From: Treponema sp.
Lineage (GTDB): Bacteria; Spirochaetota; Spirochaetia; Treponematales; Breznakiellaceae
DNA: 64,000 bases
Direction of reading: 5' to 3'
Assembly: GCA_031281025.1 (NCBI GenBank)
Contig: JAITFY010000126.1
Location: 856-64,855 of the forward strand
In this document: positions 49,922 through 60,090 of the stretch, piece by piece
Layout of the letters: each line of letters begins with the position of its first letter
How positions within the stretch are numbered: position 1 is the first letter of the stretch
Notes under the pieces: model-generated
What the model was told of the DNA's origin: nothing
The model's input: the letters and a program-made list of their open reading frames with translations, nothing else
The model's database searches: none
Program-made: the position numbers and the translations under genes

Positions 49922-51739
49922 TTAACAAAATTCCAATACAGCTCTGATCCTTCTTACTCCTGCCGATGATGATTGTTCTTTTTGTATTTTGAATGTTCCC
50001 AGAGAGCCGGTGCGCTGTACGTGGGGGCCGCCACAGACTTCTTTTGTAAAAAAGTCCGAAACGCTGTTGCCAATGGTATAAACTTTCACCTGAGATTCGT
50101 ATTTTTCCCCAAAAAGGGCAATGGCTCCTGATTTTGTTGCCTCATCGATGGTCATTGTTTCCACAAAAATGGGTAAATCGTTCTTTATTTGTTTGTTGAC
50201 AATTTCTTCGATCTTTTTAAGTTCATCTGGTGTTAAAGGAGCGTCGTGGGTAAAATCAAAGCGCAAGCGTTCCGCCGTGATATTGCTTCCTTTTTGCGCA
50301 GCATGGACTCCTAGGGTGTTCCTTAATGCCTGATGTAAAAGGTGGGTAGCGGTGTGGTACTTCACAGCCATTTCCCCCTGATCGCCAAGCCCGCCCTTAA
50401 AAGCCAATCCGCTTTGAGAACGGGAAAGCTCCTGGTGTTTTTTAAACGCTTCATCAAACTCAAGCCTATTTACTGTCAATCCCGATTCCGATGCTAGTTC
50501 TTCTGTCAATTCGATTGGAAACCCATAGGTATCGTAAAGTTTAAAAGCAAGACGGCCTGACATTATTTTTCGCGGGTCTTTAAGCAAATTAGGAAGGAGT
50601 TTTTCGAATTCATGTTCGCCCTTTTGCAGGGTTTCCATGAACTTAACTTCCTCTTTTTTAAGTTCGTTCAATATAAAGGTGCGATTTTCTTCAAGTTCTG
50701 GATAGGCTCCTTTTAATTGTTCTACAACAACTTCGGCAATGGAAATAAGGCTTATCCCTTCCGGTTTCAACTTACGGCCATGCCTAACAGCGCGGCGGAT
50801 CAAACGGCGCAATACATATCCCGCCCCCACATTTGAAGGGCTTACTGCCTTTGGATCTCCCAATATGAAAACCGCAGAGCGTGTATGGTCGGCAAGTATC
50901 CTTATTGAGCGGTCTGTTTCGCCGTTGGCGCCGTATTTACAATCACATGCCTTTTCTATTGCAAAAATTACCGGCTCAAAGATGATCGTATCATAAACGC
51001 TTGTTTTTCCGTTAAGAACAGTTACGGTTCTTTCTATGCCCATACCGGTATCAACGCATTTTCGCGCCAGAGGGATATATTCGCCTTGCGCATTTTTGTT
51101 GTACTGCATGAAAACATCGTTCCAGATTTCCAGCCACTTTTCGCAGGAACAGCCGGGTTTACAATCCGGCGCGCAGGGTGAATCTTCAATGTAATAAAAC
51201 ATTTCCGTATCCGGCCCGCATGGCCCTGTGGTTCCGGCAGGCCCCCACCAGTTATCCTTTCGCGGCAAAAATGCAATTCGGTTTTCCGGTATACCTAAAC
51301 TTTTCCATACATTCGCAGATTCTTCGTCTCTTGGTATGCCTTCCTCTCCCTCAAAAACAGTTACTCCCAATTTATCGATTGGAATATTAAGCCACTCGGG
51401 CGAAGTAAGAAACTCAAAAGACATTTTGATGGCTTCTTCTTTAAAGTAATCTCCAAGCGACCAATTACCAAGCATTTCAAAAAACGTAAGATGGCTGGCA
51501 TCGCCTACACAGTCGATGTCCCCTGTCCTGATACACTTTTGAAAATTCACAAGTCTCTTTCCGGCAGGGTGCTCTTCCCCCAACAAATAGGGAACCAGCG
51601 GGTGCATTCCCGCAGTTGTAAAAAGCACCGTAGGATCATTTTCCGGCAGCAAGGATTTCCCCTGAATTTGCACATGCCCTTTGGAGACAAAAAAATTGAT
51701 GTATTTGCTGCGAAGCTCGTCGGCTGTTAAATTGTTCAT
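49922..51739 (-). CDS. alaS: Alanine--tRNA ligase (short form without C-Ala domain)
   Basis: FTTAGM, HLTFFEMLGN, GPCGP, DTGMGIER, HTATHLL, EVCGGPHV and GVRRIRA. Confidence 0.97.
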   Translation of the reverse strand: MNNLTADELRSKYINFFVSKGHVQIQGKSLLPENDPTVLFTTAGMHPLVPYLLGEEHPAGKRLVNFQKCIRTGDIDCVGDASHLTFFEMLGNWSLGDYFKEEAIKMSFEFLTSPEWLNIPIDKLGVTVFEGEEGIPRDEESANVWKSLGIPENRIAFLPRKDNWWGPAGTTGPCGPDTEMFYYIEDSPCAPDCKPGCSCEKWLEIWNDVFMQYNKNAQGEYIPLARKCVDTGMGIERTVTVLNGKTSVYDTIIFEPVIFAIEKACDCKYGANGETDRSIRILADHTRSAVFILGDPKAVSPSNVGAGYVLRRLIRRAVRHGRKLKPEGISLISIAEVVVEQLKGAYPELEENRTFILNELKKEEVKFMETLQKGEHEFEKLLPNLLKDPRKIMSGRLAFKLYDTYGFPIELTEELASESGLTVNRLEFDEAFKKHQELSRSQSGLAFKGGLGDQGEMAVKYHTATHLLHQALRNTLGVHAAQKGSNITAERLRFDFTHDAPLTPDELKKIEEIVNKQIKNDLPIFVETMTIDEATKSGAIALFGEKYESQVKVYTIGNSVSDFFTKEVCGGPHVQRTGSLGTFKIQKEQSSSAGVRRIRAVLEFC

Positions 51740-51830
51740 GTGTTATGTTAGCATAGGGGAAAACAAACTTTCAAGAGAGCGGGCATCCGCTAGAACATGA
51801 ACCCCGCAGAAATGAAAGGTAATAAACTCG

Positions 51831-53687
51831 TTATTCTATTTTGAACCGCGATACTTCCCTGCTCAAGTGATTAGTGCTTTCACGGTTTTGGGTACTTAAG
51901 TTGTTGATATTGTTTATCGCTGTATTAACCTCGACCGCTCCACTTGCCATTTCGTTTATACCTCCGGTTATTTCCTGGGTTGCTTTCTCTAAATTATCTG
52001 CTTCGCGGATGACTTCCTTTGCGCCTTCCAGCATTTCTTCAGATACACTTTTTACAAGTTGTGTAGTCTCGTTTACAGTGCTGATTGCTTCAAGTATCTG
52101 CTTGCTTCCAAGCCCCTGCTCTTCCATGGCGTTACGGATGTTTCCTTCCTGCTCGGCTACGACTTTGATACCCGTATCAATTGCCTCAAACTTATTAAGA
52201 ACATTGTCTGTGGATGCAGTAATTTTATCAATTGAATATTTTATCTTTTTAAGTACGGTGCTGATGATCTTGGATTGTTCGCTGGAGCTTTCCGCAAGTT
52301 TGCGTATCTCATCGGCAACTACAGCAAAACCTTTGCCCGCATCGCCGGCGTGAGCAGCTTCTATGGCGGCATTCATCGAAAGAAGGTTGGTCTGACTGGC
52401 AATATTTTCCATTACTGAATTGATTTCCAAAAGCCCCTCAGATTCTCTGGCTATCTCCTGAATATCAGAAGCCACTTCCTGTAAACCGCTACGACCAACA
52501 TCAGATGCCGCTGTAAGTTCATCGACATTTTCTGTGTTCTTGATAAGTGTTTGGGTAACTGAATTAATATTGGCTAGCATTTCTTCTATTGATGATGACG
52601 ATTGCGCTACACTTGTAGTCTGTTTTTCAACATGATCGTTAAGTTTATTAATATTGACAGTGATTTGTTCCATTGTAGCATTGGTTTCGGTAACGCTGGC
52701 ACTCTGATTGATCATCCGCACTTTGATACTCTCAATATTAGCGGTAATCTCATTCATTGCAGCAGCGGTTTCGGTCATATCGTTAGAAAGGTCATTGCCT
52801 ATTTGGGAAAGCCCCACTGCTTCTTTTTTGATGTTTGTAACCAGATTTTTAATTTTACTTATAGTTTGATTAAAATAATAAGCCATATCGCTTATTTCAT
52901 CTTTGCTGGAAACAATAAGCTGCCTGGTCAAATCTCCTTCCCCTTCGGAAATTTCTTTAAGCATTACCACCGCTTTATTAATCGGTTTTAACAACATTAT
53001 CTTGCAGCTCAAAGAATTCAACAGAACGGACAAGAGTAAAATTACAAAAGCGATAATGACCATTCTGATGATCTGTTCGTTAATGCTGTAGGAAATTGTG
53101 TTCGAGATTGCTGACATTTCTACCCCGATAAACAAAAGACCGATTACATCCCGGTTATTTTGTGCAAAAATCGGTTGATACGCGGCAAGGTATTCATTGC
53201 CAAGAATATTTACATTTCCGATGAATTCCTGTCCTGCCCGGATAGGCGCGAAGGCGGGGCTGCTCGATCCCAGAAAGGTATCCACCACTCGATCTCCATC
53301 ATCATTTGTAATGCTGGTAGCAATCCTGCGAAAATCATTGTTTTCATAGACGAAAATTGTCGCCACTACATCAATATCCGCAGATAAACGGTCAATAAAT
53401 TCATATTGGTAATTTATAACATTATCATCTTGATCCAATAATTCACTGCCCTTCAAACTTAAACTGCCATATTCATGGGTTATCATATACTTAAAAAACG
53501 CCATGTCACCGCTTAGTTTTTTATTTCCCATAATTAAAGCAGTTTCCATGCTTAAGTTTTGCATGGAAATAATACTTATTATTGACAAAACCAAAATTGC
53601 CATAAGAACAAAAATAGATGATGTACCTGCAATTTTTAGCAGCAACCCTTTTTTTTGTTTTTTTGTGTCTTTTCCATTATTATTCAT
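51831..53687 (-). CDS. Methyl-accepting chemotaxis protein (Cache sensor, HAMP, MA domain)
   Basis: Two TM segments, Cache-like ATIF...RRIATSI...YLAAYQP, HAMP GDLT...DEI, and [17 protein letters not shown]...[14 protein letters not shown]. Start moved to ATG 53687 after SD AGGGAG. Confidence 0.95.
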   Translation of the reverse strand: MNNNGKDTKKQKKGLLLKIAGTSSIFVLMAILVLSIISIISMQNLSMETALIMGNKKLSGDMAFFKYMITHEYGSLSLKGSELLDQDDNVINYQYEFIDRLSADIDVVATIFVYENNDFRRIATSITNDDGDRVVDTFLGSSSPAFAPIRAGQEFIGNVNILGNEYLAAYQPIFAQNNRDVIGLLFIGVEMSAISNTISYSINEQIIRMVIIAFVILLLSVLLNSLSCKIMLLKPINKAVVMLKEISEGEGDLTRQLIVSSKDEISDMAYYFNQTISKIKNLVTNIKKEAVGLSQIGNDLSNDMTETAAAMNEITANIESIKVRMINQSASVTETNATMEQITVNINKLNDHVEKQTTSVAQSSSSIEEMLANINSVTQTLIKNTENVDELTAASDVGRSGLQEVASDIQEIARESEGLLEINSVMENIASQTNLLSMNAAIEAAHAGDAGKGFAVVADEIRKLAESSSEQSKIISTVLKKIKYSIDKITASTDNVLNKFEAIDTGIKVVAEQEGNIRNAMEEQGLGSKQILEAISTVNETTQLVKSVSEEMLEGAKEVIREADNLEKATQEITGGINEMASGAVEVNTAINNINNLSTQNRESTNHLSREVSRFKIE

Positions 53688-53735
53688 GTTGTCTCCCTTT
53701 TTGCTTTTTACCACAATAAAACTTTCAATACTATT

Positions 53736-53765
53736 ATTATACGTTATATTCAATAATTTTGTCCA
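53736..53765 (-). promoter_or_regulatory. Putative MCP promoter
   Basis: Minus strand TGGACA, 18 bp, TATAAT. Confidence 0.5.
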
Positions 53766-53791
53766 ATCATTTGTCCATTTCATTGTTGACA

Positions 53792-54001
53792 TTACGTTTT
53801 TTTTATATTGTTGTCCAAATATGGTAGTATGACGCATAACGAACACGCGAGGGCGGCATTTTTTGAATCATTTGTGATTTTTTTTGAAAAATTGAGTATA
53901 TATGGCAATAATTTTAGTTTAGAGCCAGTGTATTTAATAACTTGTGTTTCCGGTGTTTCAATAATTAAATCATCAAATAATGTATAACCTGCTATATTCA
54001 T
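53792..54001 (-). pseudogene. 5' remnant of a Dam/D12-class DNA adenine methyltransferase
   Basis: IKYTGSKLKLLPYI matches the D12 N-terminal (KYxGxK..L) motif. Similarity stops before motif I (DxFxG) and there is no DPPY. Confidence 0.7.
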
Positions 54002-54028
54002 TGTTATATGTTATGTTAGAATACTTAC

Positions 54029-55132
54029 GTGCACAAGCTCCACGAAATTCAGGAAAAACCAAAAAGGGCCTTTTTAGTCAGTATACTAAACGGCGACATT
54101 AATGACGAAGCCATGTGCCGTGAGTTGGAAGGCTTGTGTATCACACTTGACCTCGCAATCATAACCCACGAAAAAATACGTGTAAGGGAAAAAACCGCCA
54201 AATTTGGCATGGGCAGCGGAAAAACAGAAAGTATAAGCGAAAAAGCAGCCGAACTTAAAGCCGATTTGATGGTTTTTAACTGGAACCCAACTCCATCCCA
54301 GCAAAGAAATTGGGAAGCGCTTAGCGGAATCCCGGTATTGGACAGACAGGAGCTGATAATCCGCATTTTTGCCGACAGGGCAAGTACAAAGGAAGCCGAA
54401 CTGCAAGTTTCTCTTGCGCGTCTTACTTACTTTTTGCCGCGATTAACACACAAATATATTGATTTATCGCGTCAGCGGGGAGGGCGGTACGGCACCAAAG
54501 GAGCGGGAGAAACCAAGTTTGAAACCGATCGCAGAAAGATAGAAAAACGTATAACACTACTTGAAAAGGAAATAGAACAGGTAAGTAAACAAAGGCAAAT
54601 GCAAAGAAGGCAAAGGGAACGCACTGGTATTCCCGTTTGCGCGATTGTTGGTTATACCAATGCAGGCAAATCGAGCCTTTTAAACGCACTCACCGGCGCG
54701 GATGTTCACATACAGGATAAGCTTTTTGTTACGCTGGATGCCGTTACGCGCCGTTTTCAGCCGGCCCCCGGCGTGAACGTTTTGCTTACCGATACAGTAG
54801 GCTTTATTCGCGAGCTCCCACACTCTTTGATTAAGGCCTTTCGTTCTACGCTGGAGGAGGCAACTTTAGCGAATTTGCTAATTAACATATTGGATGCGAC
54901 TGCGCCCGATATCGAAAGCAACTACGAAACAACCATATCGGTACTCAGGGAACTTGGCGCTCAGGATATACCAATGATCACTTTACTTAATAAAATCGAC
55001 CAATTGCCCGATCAAAAGGCTGCTTTGGAAGAACTGTTAAACCTCTTTCCCGGCAGTATTGCTGTTTCGGCAAAACTTGGCACCGGGCTGGATGATTTAA
55101 AAGTCAGAATTGTGTCGATGCTGGGTGTTTAG
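54029..55132 (+). CDS. hflX: Ribosome-splitting GTPase HflX
   Basis: IFADRASTKEAELQV, GAGETKFE, VGYTNAGKS, DTVGFI and NKID. GTG start. Confidence 0.96.
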   Translation: MHKLHEIQEKPKRAFLVSILNGDINDEAMCRELEGLCITLDLAIITHEKIRVREKTAKFGMGSGKTESISEKAAELKADLMVFNWNPTPSQQRNWEALSGIPVLDRQELIIRIFADRASTKEAELQVSLARLTYFLPRLTHKYIDLSRQRGGRYGTKGAGETKFETDRRKIEKRITLLEKEIEQVSKQRQMQRRQRERTGIPVCAIVGYTNAGKSSLLNALTGADVHIQDKLFVTLDAVTRRFQPAPGVNVLLTDTVGFIRELPHSLIKAFRSTLEEATLANLLINILDATAPDIESNYETTISVLRELGAQDIPMITLLNKIDQLPDQKAALEELLNLFPGSIAVSAKLGTGLDDLKVRIVSMLGV

Positions 55133-55148
55133 ATATCTGGCAAGCAAA

Positions 55149-55185
55149 TCCTGCAAAAATGGACTCCAACTCCATAATTGCAGGA
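55149..55185. terminator. Hairpin between convergent hflX and thiI
   Basis: Interrupted inverted repeat TCCTGCAA-AA-ATGGA...TCCAT-AA-TTGCAGGA. Confidence 0.55.
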
Positions 55186-55187
55186 AA

Positions 55188-56345
55188 TCATTTTACAAGT
55201 TCGTAAGTCGCAAGCGCTTCATCAATTAATGGTTCCAGTTCCAGAGATTCGTAAATGGCGTTTGCCTCTGCGACTTTGCCGTGTAAAACAGGATGGGGCG
55301 GTGTAAAGAGCGTACAGCAATCGATAAACGGTTCTATCGAAACTTCATAGGTGGAGATAGCTTTTGCCTCTTTTATAATGTTTTCCTTGTTAAAACCAAT
55401 TAACGGGCGTAAGACGGGCAGGGTAATCCTATTTTGTGTGCAGTTTAAATTTTCAATGGTTTGGCTTGCTACCTGAGAAAGACTTTCACCTGTAATAAGG
55501 CATTTGTTTTTTGTTTTTAGCGCTGTTTTTTGTGCCGCTTCCATCATTGCCATACGAAGTAAAACTGTAATCCAGTTTTCCGGCGCATTTTTCTTTATTA
55601 ACATTTGAACCTTTGTAAAGTTTAAAATGTAAAGGTTTATTCCCATGCAGTATGATCCTGTAATTTGCGCAAGCCGTATAACTTTTTCTTTTGCTTCCTG
55701 TGAAGTATATGGATATGAGTGAAAATGAACGGCATCTATGCTCATTCCGCGGCATGCCATTAAAAATCCTGCGACAGGGGAGTCAATTCCGCCGGATAAC
55801 AGCAACATTCCTTTGCCGGCACATCCAACAGGAAGCCCTCCAAGTCCTTTTTTTCCACTTGAATAGATATAGGCATTTTCACGTATTTCTATGTTGATAA
55901 TATCATCAGGATTGTTAATATCAACTTTTAAACCGGTTGCCGTGTTGATTTCGTTGCCGGCAAGACAGCATAATTCATAAGACGTTAAAGGAAAACTTTT
56001 GTCGGTTCTTCTAGCCGCTACTTTAAAAGTTTTAATTCCCGCTAAAGATAGTACTTTTGCTTCTTTAATACATTCATCAAGAACCGCTTTTTGGGTTTTT
56101 TCGCAGGAAGCAGTTTTTGCCCAGCCGGAAATTCCAATGAGATGTGAAAGGGCATTTTCAACTAACATTGTTTTTTCTTGCGGCGCCTGAATATAATAAC
56201 GGCCGGCTGTGAACCTTATTTTTATCTTGTCGTCGATTTTTGCCATTAACCTTTGGATATTGCTTTTTAGAGTACCTTCAAAAAATTTGCGGTTTCCGCC
56301 CTTTAGAGTAAGCTCGCCAGGTTTTAATAACCATGTTTCCCACAT
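55188..56345 (-). CDS. thiI: tRNA 4-thiouridine synthase (no rhodanese domain)
   Basis: GELTLKGGNR, THUMP domain, SGGIDSPVA, TGESLSQVASQT, RPLIG and DCC. Confidence 0.95.
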   Translation of the reverse strand: MWETWLLKPGELTLKGGNRKFFEGTLKSNIQRLMAKIDDKIKIRFTAGRYYIQAPQEKTMLVENALSHLIGISGWAKTASCEKTQKAVLDECIKEAKVLSLAGIKTFKVAARRTDKSFPLTSYELCCLAGNEINTATGLKVDINNPDDIINIEIRENAYIYSSGKKGLGGLPVGCAGKGMLLLSGGIDSPVAGFLMACRGMSIDAVHFHSYPYTSQEAKEKVIRLAQITGSYCMGINLYILNFTKVQMLIKKNAPENWITVLLRMAMMEAAQKTALKTKNKCLITGESLSQVASQTIENLNCTQNRITLPVLRPLIGFNKENIIKEAKAISTYEVSIEPFIDCCTLFTPPHPVLHGKVAEANAIYESLELEPLIDEALATYELVK

Positions 56346-56362
56346 TTTTTTATCCTTTAAAT

Positions 56363-57529
56363 TTAAAGAAATTTTAACACTTCGGTAATTGCGCCAACAA
56401 GAAGATTTATATCTTCATCCGTTGTTGAATATCCTTGAGAGATTCGTATACTTTCAATTCGCAAGCGCTCCTCTATACCCATAGCCGCAAGCACAGGTCT
56501 TTCCGGTGATGTTGACGAACATGCCGATCCTGTAGAAACAGCAAACCCAAGATCATCCAACGCCCGTATCATAACTTCCCCTGGAATATCTTTAAAAGCA
56601 ACCTGCAGGATGTAAGGCGAAAAATTCAAATTAGCAGTTAAAGATAACGAATCAATTGCAGTTCGCTCTTGCGGGATAATAGTGCATCGATCCATTTTAA
56701 TAAGAGAATTTATCAAATAATTCATGCGTTTTTCAGCTTGAGAATAATAATGTTCTGACCACGAACCACCACACTGTTCCAAACAATCAGCAATGGCAAT
56801 TGCTCCAAAGACGTTTTCTGTACCGCCTCTTATGCCTTTTTCCTGGCCGCCGCCGCTGTAAAAAACTTCGATGGGTTTGCGTAAATACAAAAGCCCAATT
56901 CCTTTTGGGCCGTTTATTTTATGCGCGCTTATTGAAGCGGAATCAATTTCCCAATTTTGAATGTCTACAGGAATTTTTCCAACTGCCTGAACAAGGTCGC
57001 AGTGTAAATGTACCGGCGCTCCGGTTTTATTGCGAAGGTATTTGCCGATAGAAGCGATATCTGTAACAGTGCCGGTTTCGTTGTTTACGGACATTATTGC
57101 CACAAACCGGGTGTTGGCGCTTTTTTCCAGAGCATTTTCCAGTGTTTCCAGTGTCACTCTGCCTTGGGAATCTACTTCTATTTTGCCGGTTGGCCTTCCC
57201 ATTTTCTCCAAAGTTTCCATTGCCTCTCTTATTGAAGCATGTTCAGCTATGGAGGAGATAACCCCTCCCTGTCCCGGCCGTTTTAAATTAGAGAAAAGGG
57301 CAATGCTGTTGGACTCTGTACCGCCGCTGGTAAAATGCAGGGTTTCGGGCGGAACATTTAAAATAGAAGCGCATCTTTCCCTTGCTTCTTCGATTGCCTT
57401 TTTTGCCGCTTTGCCCTCTTTGTGCTGCGAAGACGGATTGCCAAAGGGAGTATGAAAATCGTTTTTTGAGTACGGGGATGTGGCTGCCCAATCAAAATAT
57501 ATGCGTTTTTCTTTAATATCGTATGACAT
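56363..57529 (-). CDS. Cysteine desulfurase (NifS/IscS family), probably dedicated to ThiI
   Basis: YFDWAAT, GNPSS, FTSGGTES, SAHK and STGSACSS. Directly upstream of thiI. Confidence 0.93.
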   Translation of the reverse strand: MSYDIKEKRIYFDWAATSPYSKNDFHTPFGNPSSQHKEGKAAKKAIEEARERCASILNVPPETLHFTSGGTESNSIALFSNLKRPGQGGVISSIAEHASIREAMETLEKMGRPTGKIEVDSQGRVTLETLENALEKSANTRFVAIMSVNNETGTVTDIASIGKYLRNKTGAPVHLHCDLVQAVGKIPVDIQNWEIDSASISAHKINGPKGIGLLYLRKPIEVFYSGGGQEKGIRGGTENVFGAIAIADCLEQCGGSWSEHYYSQAEKRMNYLINSLIKMDRCTIIPQERTAIDSLSLTANLNFSPYILQVAFKDIPGEVMIRALDDLGFAVSTGSACSSTSPERPVLAAMGIEERLRIESIRISQGYSTTDEDINLLVGAITEVLKFL

Positions 57530-57586
57530 TACGTTAATACCACTATTAAAATAACTGAAAATTCTATATTATTCAATTGGAGTTAA

Positions 57587-60079
57587 ATGATGTTAGTACT
57601 AAAATTTGGAGGCTCATCTGTCGGAACTGTACATGGCATTGAGCAAATTATCAGTATTCTTAAAGACAAAGAACATGCGGGAAAAGTTCAGGCAGTTGTA
57701 GTTTCTGCTTTTTCTAAAGTGACTGATACGCTTATAGACCTTGCTAAAAGGGCAGCGCTTGGGGAAGATTACGCAGTTTCTCTAGAATCTATAAAAAAGC
57801 GACATAAGGAATGTTCTGCAAAGTTTTTAAAAGCTCAGGACAGAAAAAATGCAGATAAAGAAATTGAAACTTACATTATACAGTTAAAGCAGGTTTTAGA
57901 CGGGGTTTCGCTTTTAGGAGAAAATTCCGTAAGATGTATGGATTTGATCATGAGTTTTGGAGAAAAACTTTGCGCCTGCCTTCTTGCATTTATTTTTTCC
58001 GCCAATGATATAGAGGCGGCATTCCTGGATGCCCGCAGCCTTGTAAAAACAGATTCAAATTTTGGAAGAGCGCAAGTATTAAAAAAAGAAACAGAAGAAA
58101 ACATTTGTGCCTTCTTTAAAAAATCCAAAAATAATTTATATGTTGTTACCGGTTTTATTGGTTCAACAGTTAATGGTATAACAACCACCATTGGGCGGGG
58201 CGGCTCCGATTTGTCTGCAGCAGTTTTTGCATCTGCATTAGGTGCAAAGAAACTTGAAATTTACACCGATGTCGATGGTATTCTAACGGCTTCTCCAGAA
58301 TATGTAAAAAATGCTTTTTTAATTGATGAAATTTCCTACACCGAAGCTATGGAAATTTCCCACTTTGGTGCAAAGGTGTTATTTCCCCCGTCAGTTAAGC
58401 CTGCCCTGGAAAAAGGTATTCCAATAATTATTCGTAATACTTTTAATCCACAGGCGAAAGGAACAAAAATTACAGCCAATGTTCCTGCCGGAAAATATCC
58501 CATACGCGGAATAAGTTCGATAAATTCTGTTTCGCTTGTAAGGATTCAAGGCTCCGGTATGGTTGGAGTTGCTGGTTTTTCGGCGCGTGTATTTGGCGCT
58601 ATTGCACGTAAGGGTATCAGTATTATGATGATTACTCAAAGTTCCAGCGAATACTCGATCTGTTTTGCAGTCCTTCCACAGGATGCGCCTAAAGCGCAGG
58701 AAATTCTAAAAGAAGAGTTTGCCCACGAAATCCGAAGCGGCTGCATTGATAAACCGGTTGTGGAAAATGAGCTTTCTATTATTGCTGTTGTAGGTTCGGC
58801 CATGAAAAGAACTGCCGGTATTTCGGGGAAATTCTTTCATGCCCTTGGCCGTAACGGAATTAATATCGTTGCAATTGCTCAAGGGTCTTCCGAAACCAAT
58901 ATTTCTGCAGTTATATCCGTTTCCGACGAAGGCAAAGCGTTAAACGCCATTCACGATGCATTTTTCTTTGCACAGCAGCGTTCTGTCAATCTTTTCCTTA
59001 TTGGTACAGGTCATATTGGCGGTACTTTGCTGGATCAAATTGCAGCCAACAGCGAAAAATTGGCAGCCAACATGATCAAGGTTAATTTGATGGGAGCTGC
59101 AAATTGGGATAAAATGGTTTTTTCCGCTAACGGCGAAGGGCTTGATCCTGGAAAAACCAAAAAAATGCTGACCGCAAACGGACCTGTAAAAGGAACCGAA
59201 GTAATCGAACCAAATCATAAGGGAGCTTGTGCCTTTATCGAAAAAATGGCTTCTTTTAATCTTCCTAATTCCTGTTTCTGTGATTGTACTGCAAGTGAAG
59301 ATGTATCAGCTCTTTATGAAAAAATACTTAATTACTCAATACCTATAGTTACTCCAAATAAAAAAGCCAATTCCGGTACATTGAATTATTACAAACGTTT
59401 GATATCATACTCAAAGCAAAAAGGTATTCCGTATCTGTATGAAACTACTGTAGGCGCGGGGCTGCCTGTTATCTGCGCATTACGCGACCTTTTCCTTTCC
59501 GGAGACAAAGTAAAAAAAATAGAGGCGGTTCTTTCTGGAACTTTAAGTTTCATTTTTAATAGTTTTAACGGTTCAATGCCGTTTTCTGTCCTTGTTCGGG
59601 AAGCAAAAAACAAAGGTTACACAGAGCCCGATCCTCGCGACGACCTTAACGCAATGGACGTTGCCCGTAAAGTCCTGATCCTTGCAAGGGAGTGCGATTT
59701 GTCCATTGAGTTTTCCAATGTAACAATCGAGCCGATACTTCCTGCCGTCTGCTTTAAAGCAAAAGACATCGAAACATTTTTCCATGAACTGGAAAAATGC
59801 GATGCGGACTTTGAAAAACGCCGTATCGCAGCCGCCGCAGAAGGAAAAATGCTGCGTTACATTGCAGTAATCGAAAAAGGAAAGGCAAAAATCTCTCTTC
59901 GCGCAGAACCGGAAGGAAGCCCATTCCGTTCGCTTGTAGACAGCGACAATATAGTGGTTATAACCACCGAACGTTATTCAAAACTCCCAATGGTGATAAA
60001 AGGCCCTGGAGCAGGAGCTCAAGTGACAGCCGGCGGAGTTTTCGCCGACATAGTACGCACAGCAAGAACGCTGGTTTAA
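57587..60079 (+). CDS. thrA: Bifunctional aspartokinase/homoserine dehydrogenase
   Basis: KFGGSSV, GRGGSD, two ACT domains (QSSSE, QGSSE), GTGHIG, ETTVGAGLP, EPDPRDD and GPGAG. Confidence 0.96.
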   Translation: MMLVLKFGGSSVGTVHGIEQIISILKDKEHAGKVQAVVVSAFSKVTDTLIDLAKRAALGEDYAVSLESIKKRHKECSAKFLKAQDRKNADKEIETYIIQLKQVLDGVSLLGENSVRCMDLIMSFGEKLCACLLAFIFSANDIEAAFLDARSLVKTDSNFGRAQVLKKETEENICAFFKKSKNNLYVVTGFIGSTVNGITTTIGRGGSDLSAAVFASALGAKKLEIYTDVDGILTASPEYVKNAFLIDEISYTEAMEISHFGAKVLFPPSVKPALEKGIPIIIRNTFNPQAKGTKITANVPAGKYPIRGISSINSVSLVRIQGSGMVGVAGFSARVFGAIARKGISIMMITQSSSEYSICFAVLPQDAPKAQEILKEEFAHEIRSGCIDKPVVENELSIIAVVGSAMKRTAGISGKFFHALGRNGINIVAIAQGSSETNISAVISVSDEGKALNAIHDAFFFAQQRSVNLFLIGTGHIGGTLLDQIAANSEKLAANMIKVNLMGAANWDKMVFSANGEGLDPGKTKKMLTANGPVKGTEVIEPNHKGACAFIEKMASFNLPNSCFCDCTASEDVSALYEKILNYSIPIVTPNKKANSGTLNYYKRLISYSKQKGIPYLYETTVGAGLPVICALRDLFLSGDKVKKIEAVLSGTLSFIFNSFNGSMPFSVLVREAKNKGYTEPDPRDDLNAMDVARKVLILARECDLSIEFSNVTIEPILPAVCFKAKDIETFFHELEKCDADFEKRRIAAAAEGKMLRYIAVIEKGKAKISLRAEPEGSPFRSLVDSDNIVVITTERYSKLPMVIKGPGAGAQVTAGGVFADIVRTARTLV

Positions 60080-60090
60080 GGGAGGAGATT

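Noticed and set aside
49922-51739. AlaRS of only 605 aa as a pseudogene
   Set aside because: The catalytic and editing motifs are intact, and short AlaRS is usual in Treponema and Borrelia.
53994-54021. TTATGTTAGAA as a dif site
   Set aside because: The adjacent 11 bp do not resemble a XerC arm. The sequence is explained by overlapping -10 elements.
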